Assembly: GCA_964057225.1 (NCBI GenBank)
Contig: OZ059896.1
Span: 18,104,001 to 18,168,000 of the forward strand
Length of the DNA: 64,000 nucleotides
Reading direction: 5' to 3'
From: Auanema rhodensis
Taxonomy: Eukaryota; Animalia; Nematoda
Part shown: positions 63,902 through 64,000 of the stretch, in pieces
How the letters are laid out: every line of letters starts with the position of its first letter
Position numbering within the stretch: position 1 is the stretch's first letter
Translations under genes and position numbers: made by a program
Notes under the pieces: generated by a model
The model's input: the letters and a program-made list of their open reading frames with translations, nothing else
Databases searched by the model: none
What the model was told of the DNA's origin: nothing

Positions 63902-64000
63902 CTTAAATAGCAAATTTAGAAAGAAAAAAAATAATCACAAATTAAATTAGAGCTTATCTGTAAATGAAAGCATTATATATTTTATTTTTAAAGCTATTTT

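Noticed and set aside
1-64000. CRISPR arrays, rRNA/tRNA, SL RNA, telomeric TTAGGC arrays or DNA-elimination motifs
   Set aside because: None recognised by eye; only isolated TTAGGC hexamers. A covariance-model scan would be needed to exclude small ncRNAs.

Overview
AT-rich eukaryotic genomic DNA, almost certainly from a nematode and probably a rhabditid. The support is 42-60 nt GT-AG introns, TTTCAG acceptors including ones just upstream of start codons (trans-splice-like), and a troponin I very close to C. elegans TNI-4. All gene models were spliced by hand. 0-19 kb is an accessory zone: at least five secreted SXP/RAL-2 (DUF148/ANIS5)-like genes, a decayed multi-exon pseudogene, several DNA-transposon relics (mariner, Merlin-like, hAT-like, foldback), and a 3.1 kb segment bounded by identical 135 bp direct repeats. 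That segment carries three LRAT/NlpC-P60 paralogues: one apparently intact, one with a nonsense mutation, and one intact but catalytically dead, in an operon-like position. 20-43 kb holds a secreted Cys-rich protein with an insulin-like Cys pattern, tni-4, a 4xPAN-ZP-TM cuticlin-like gene, and an 11-finger C2H2 transcription factor with a GC-AG intron. A 2.45 kb intron of the PAN-ZP gene contains an antisense, intron-containing gene that resembles bacterial formimidoylglutamate deiminase (HutF). 43-63 kb is a (GA)n-rich non-coding stretch upstream of the transcription factor, followed by the 3' part of csn-4. I recognised no rRNA, tRNA, CRISPR array or convincing miRNA.
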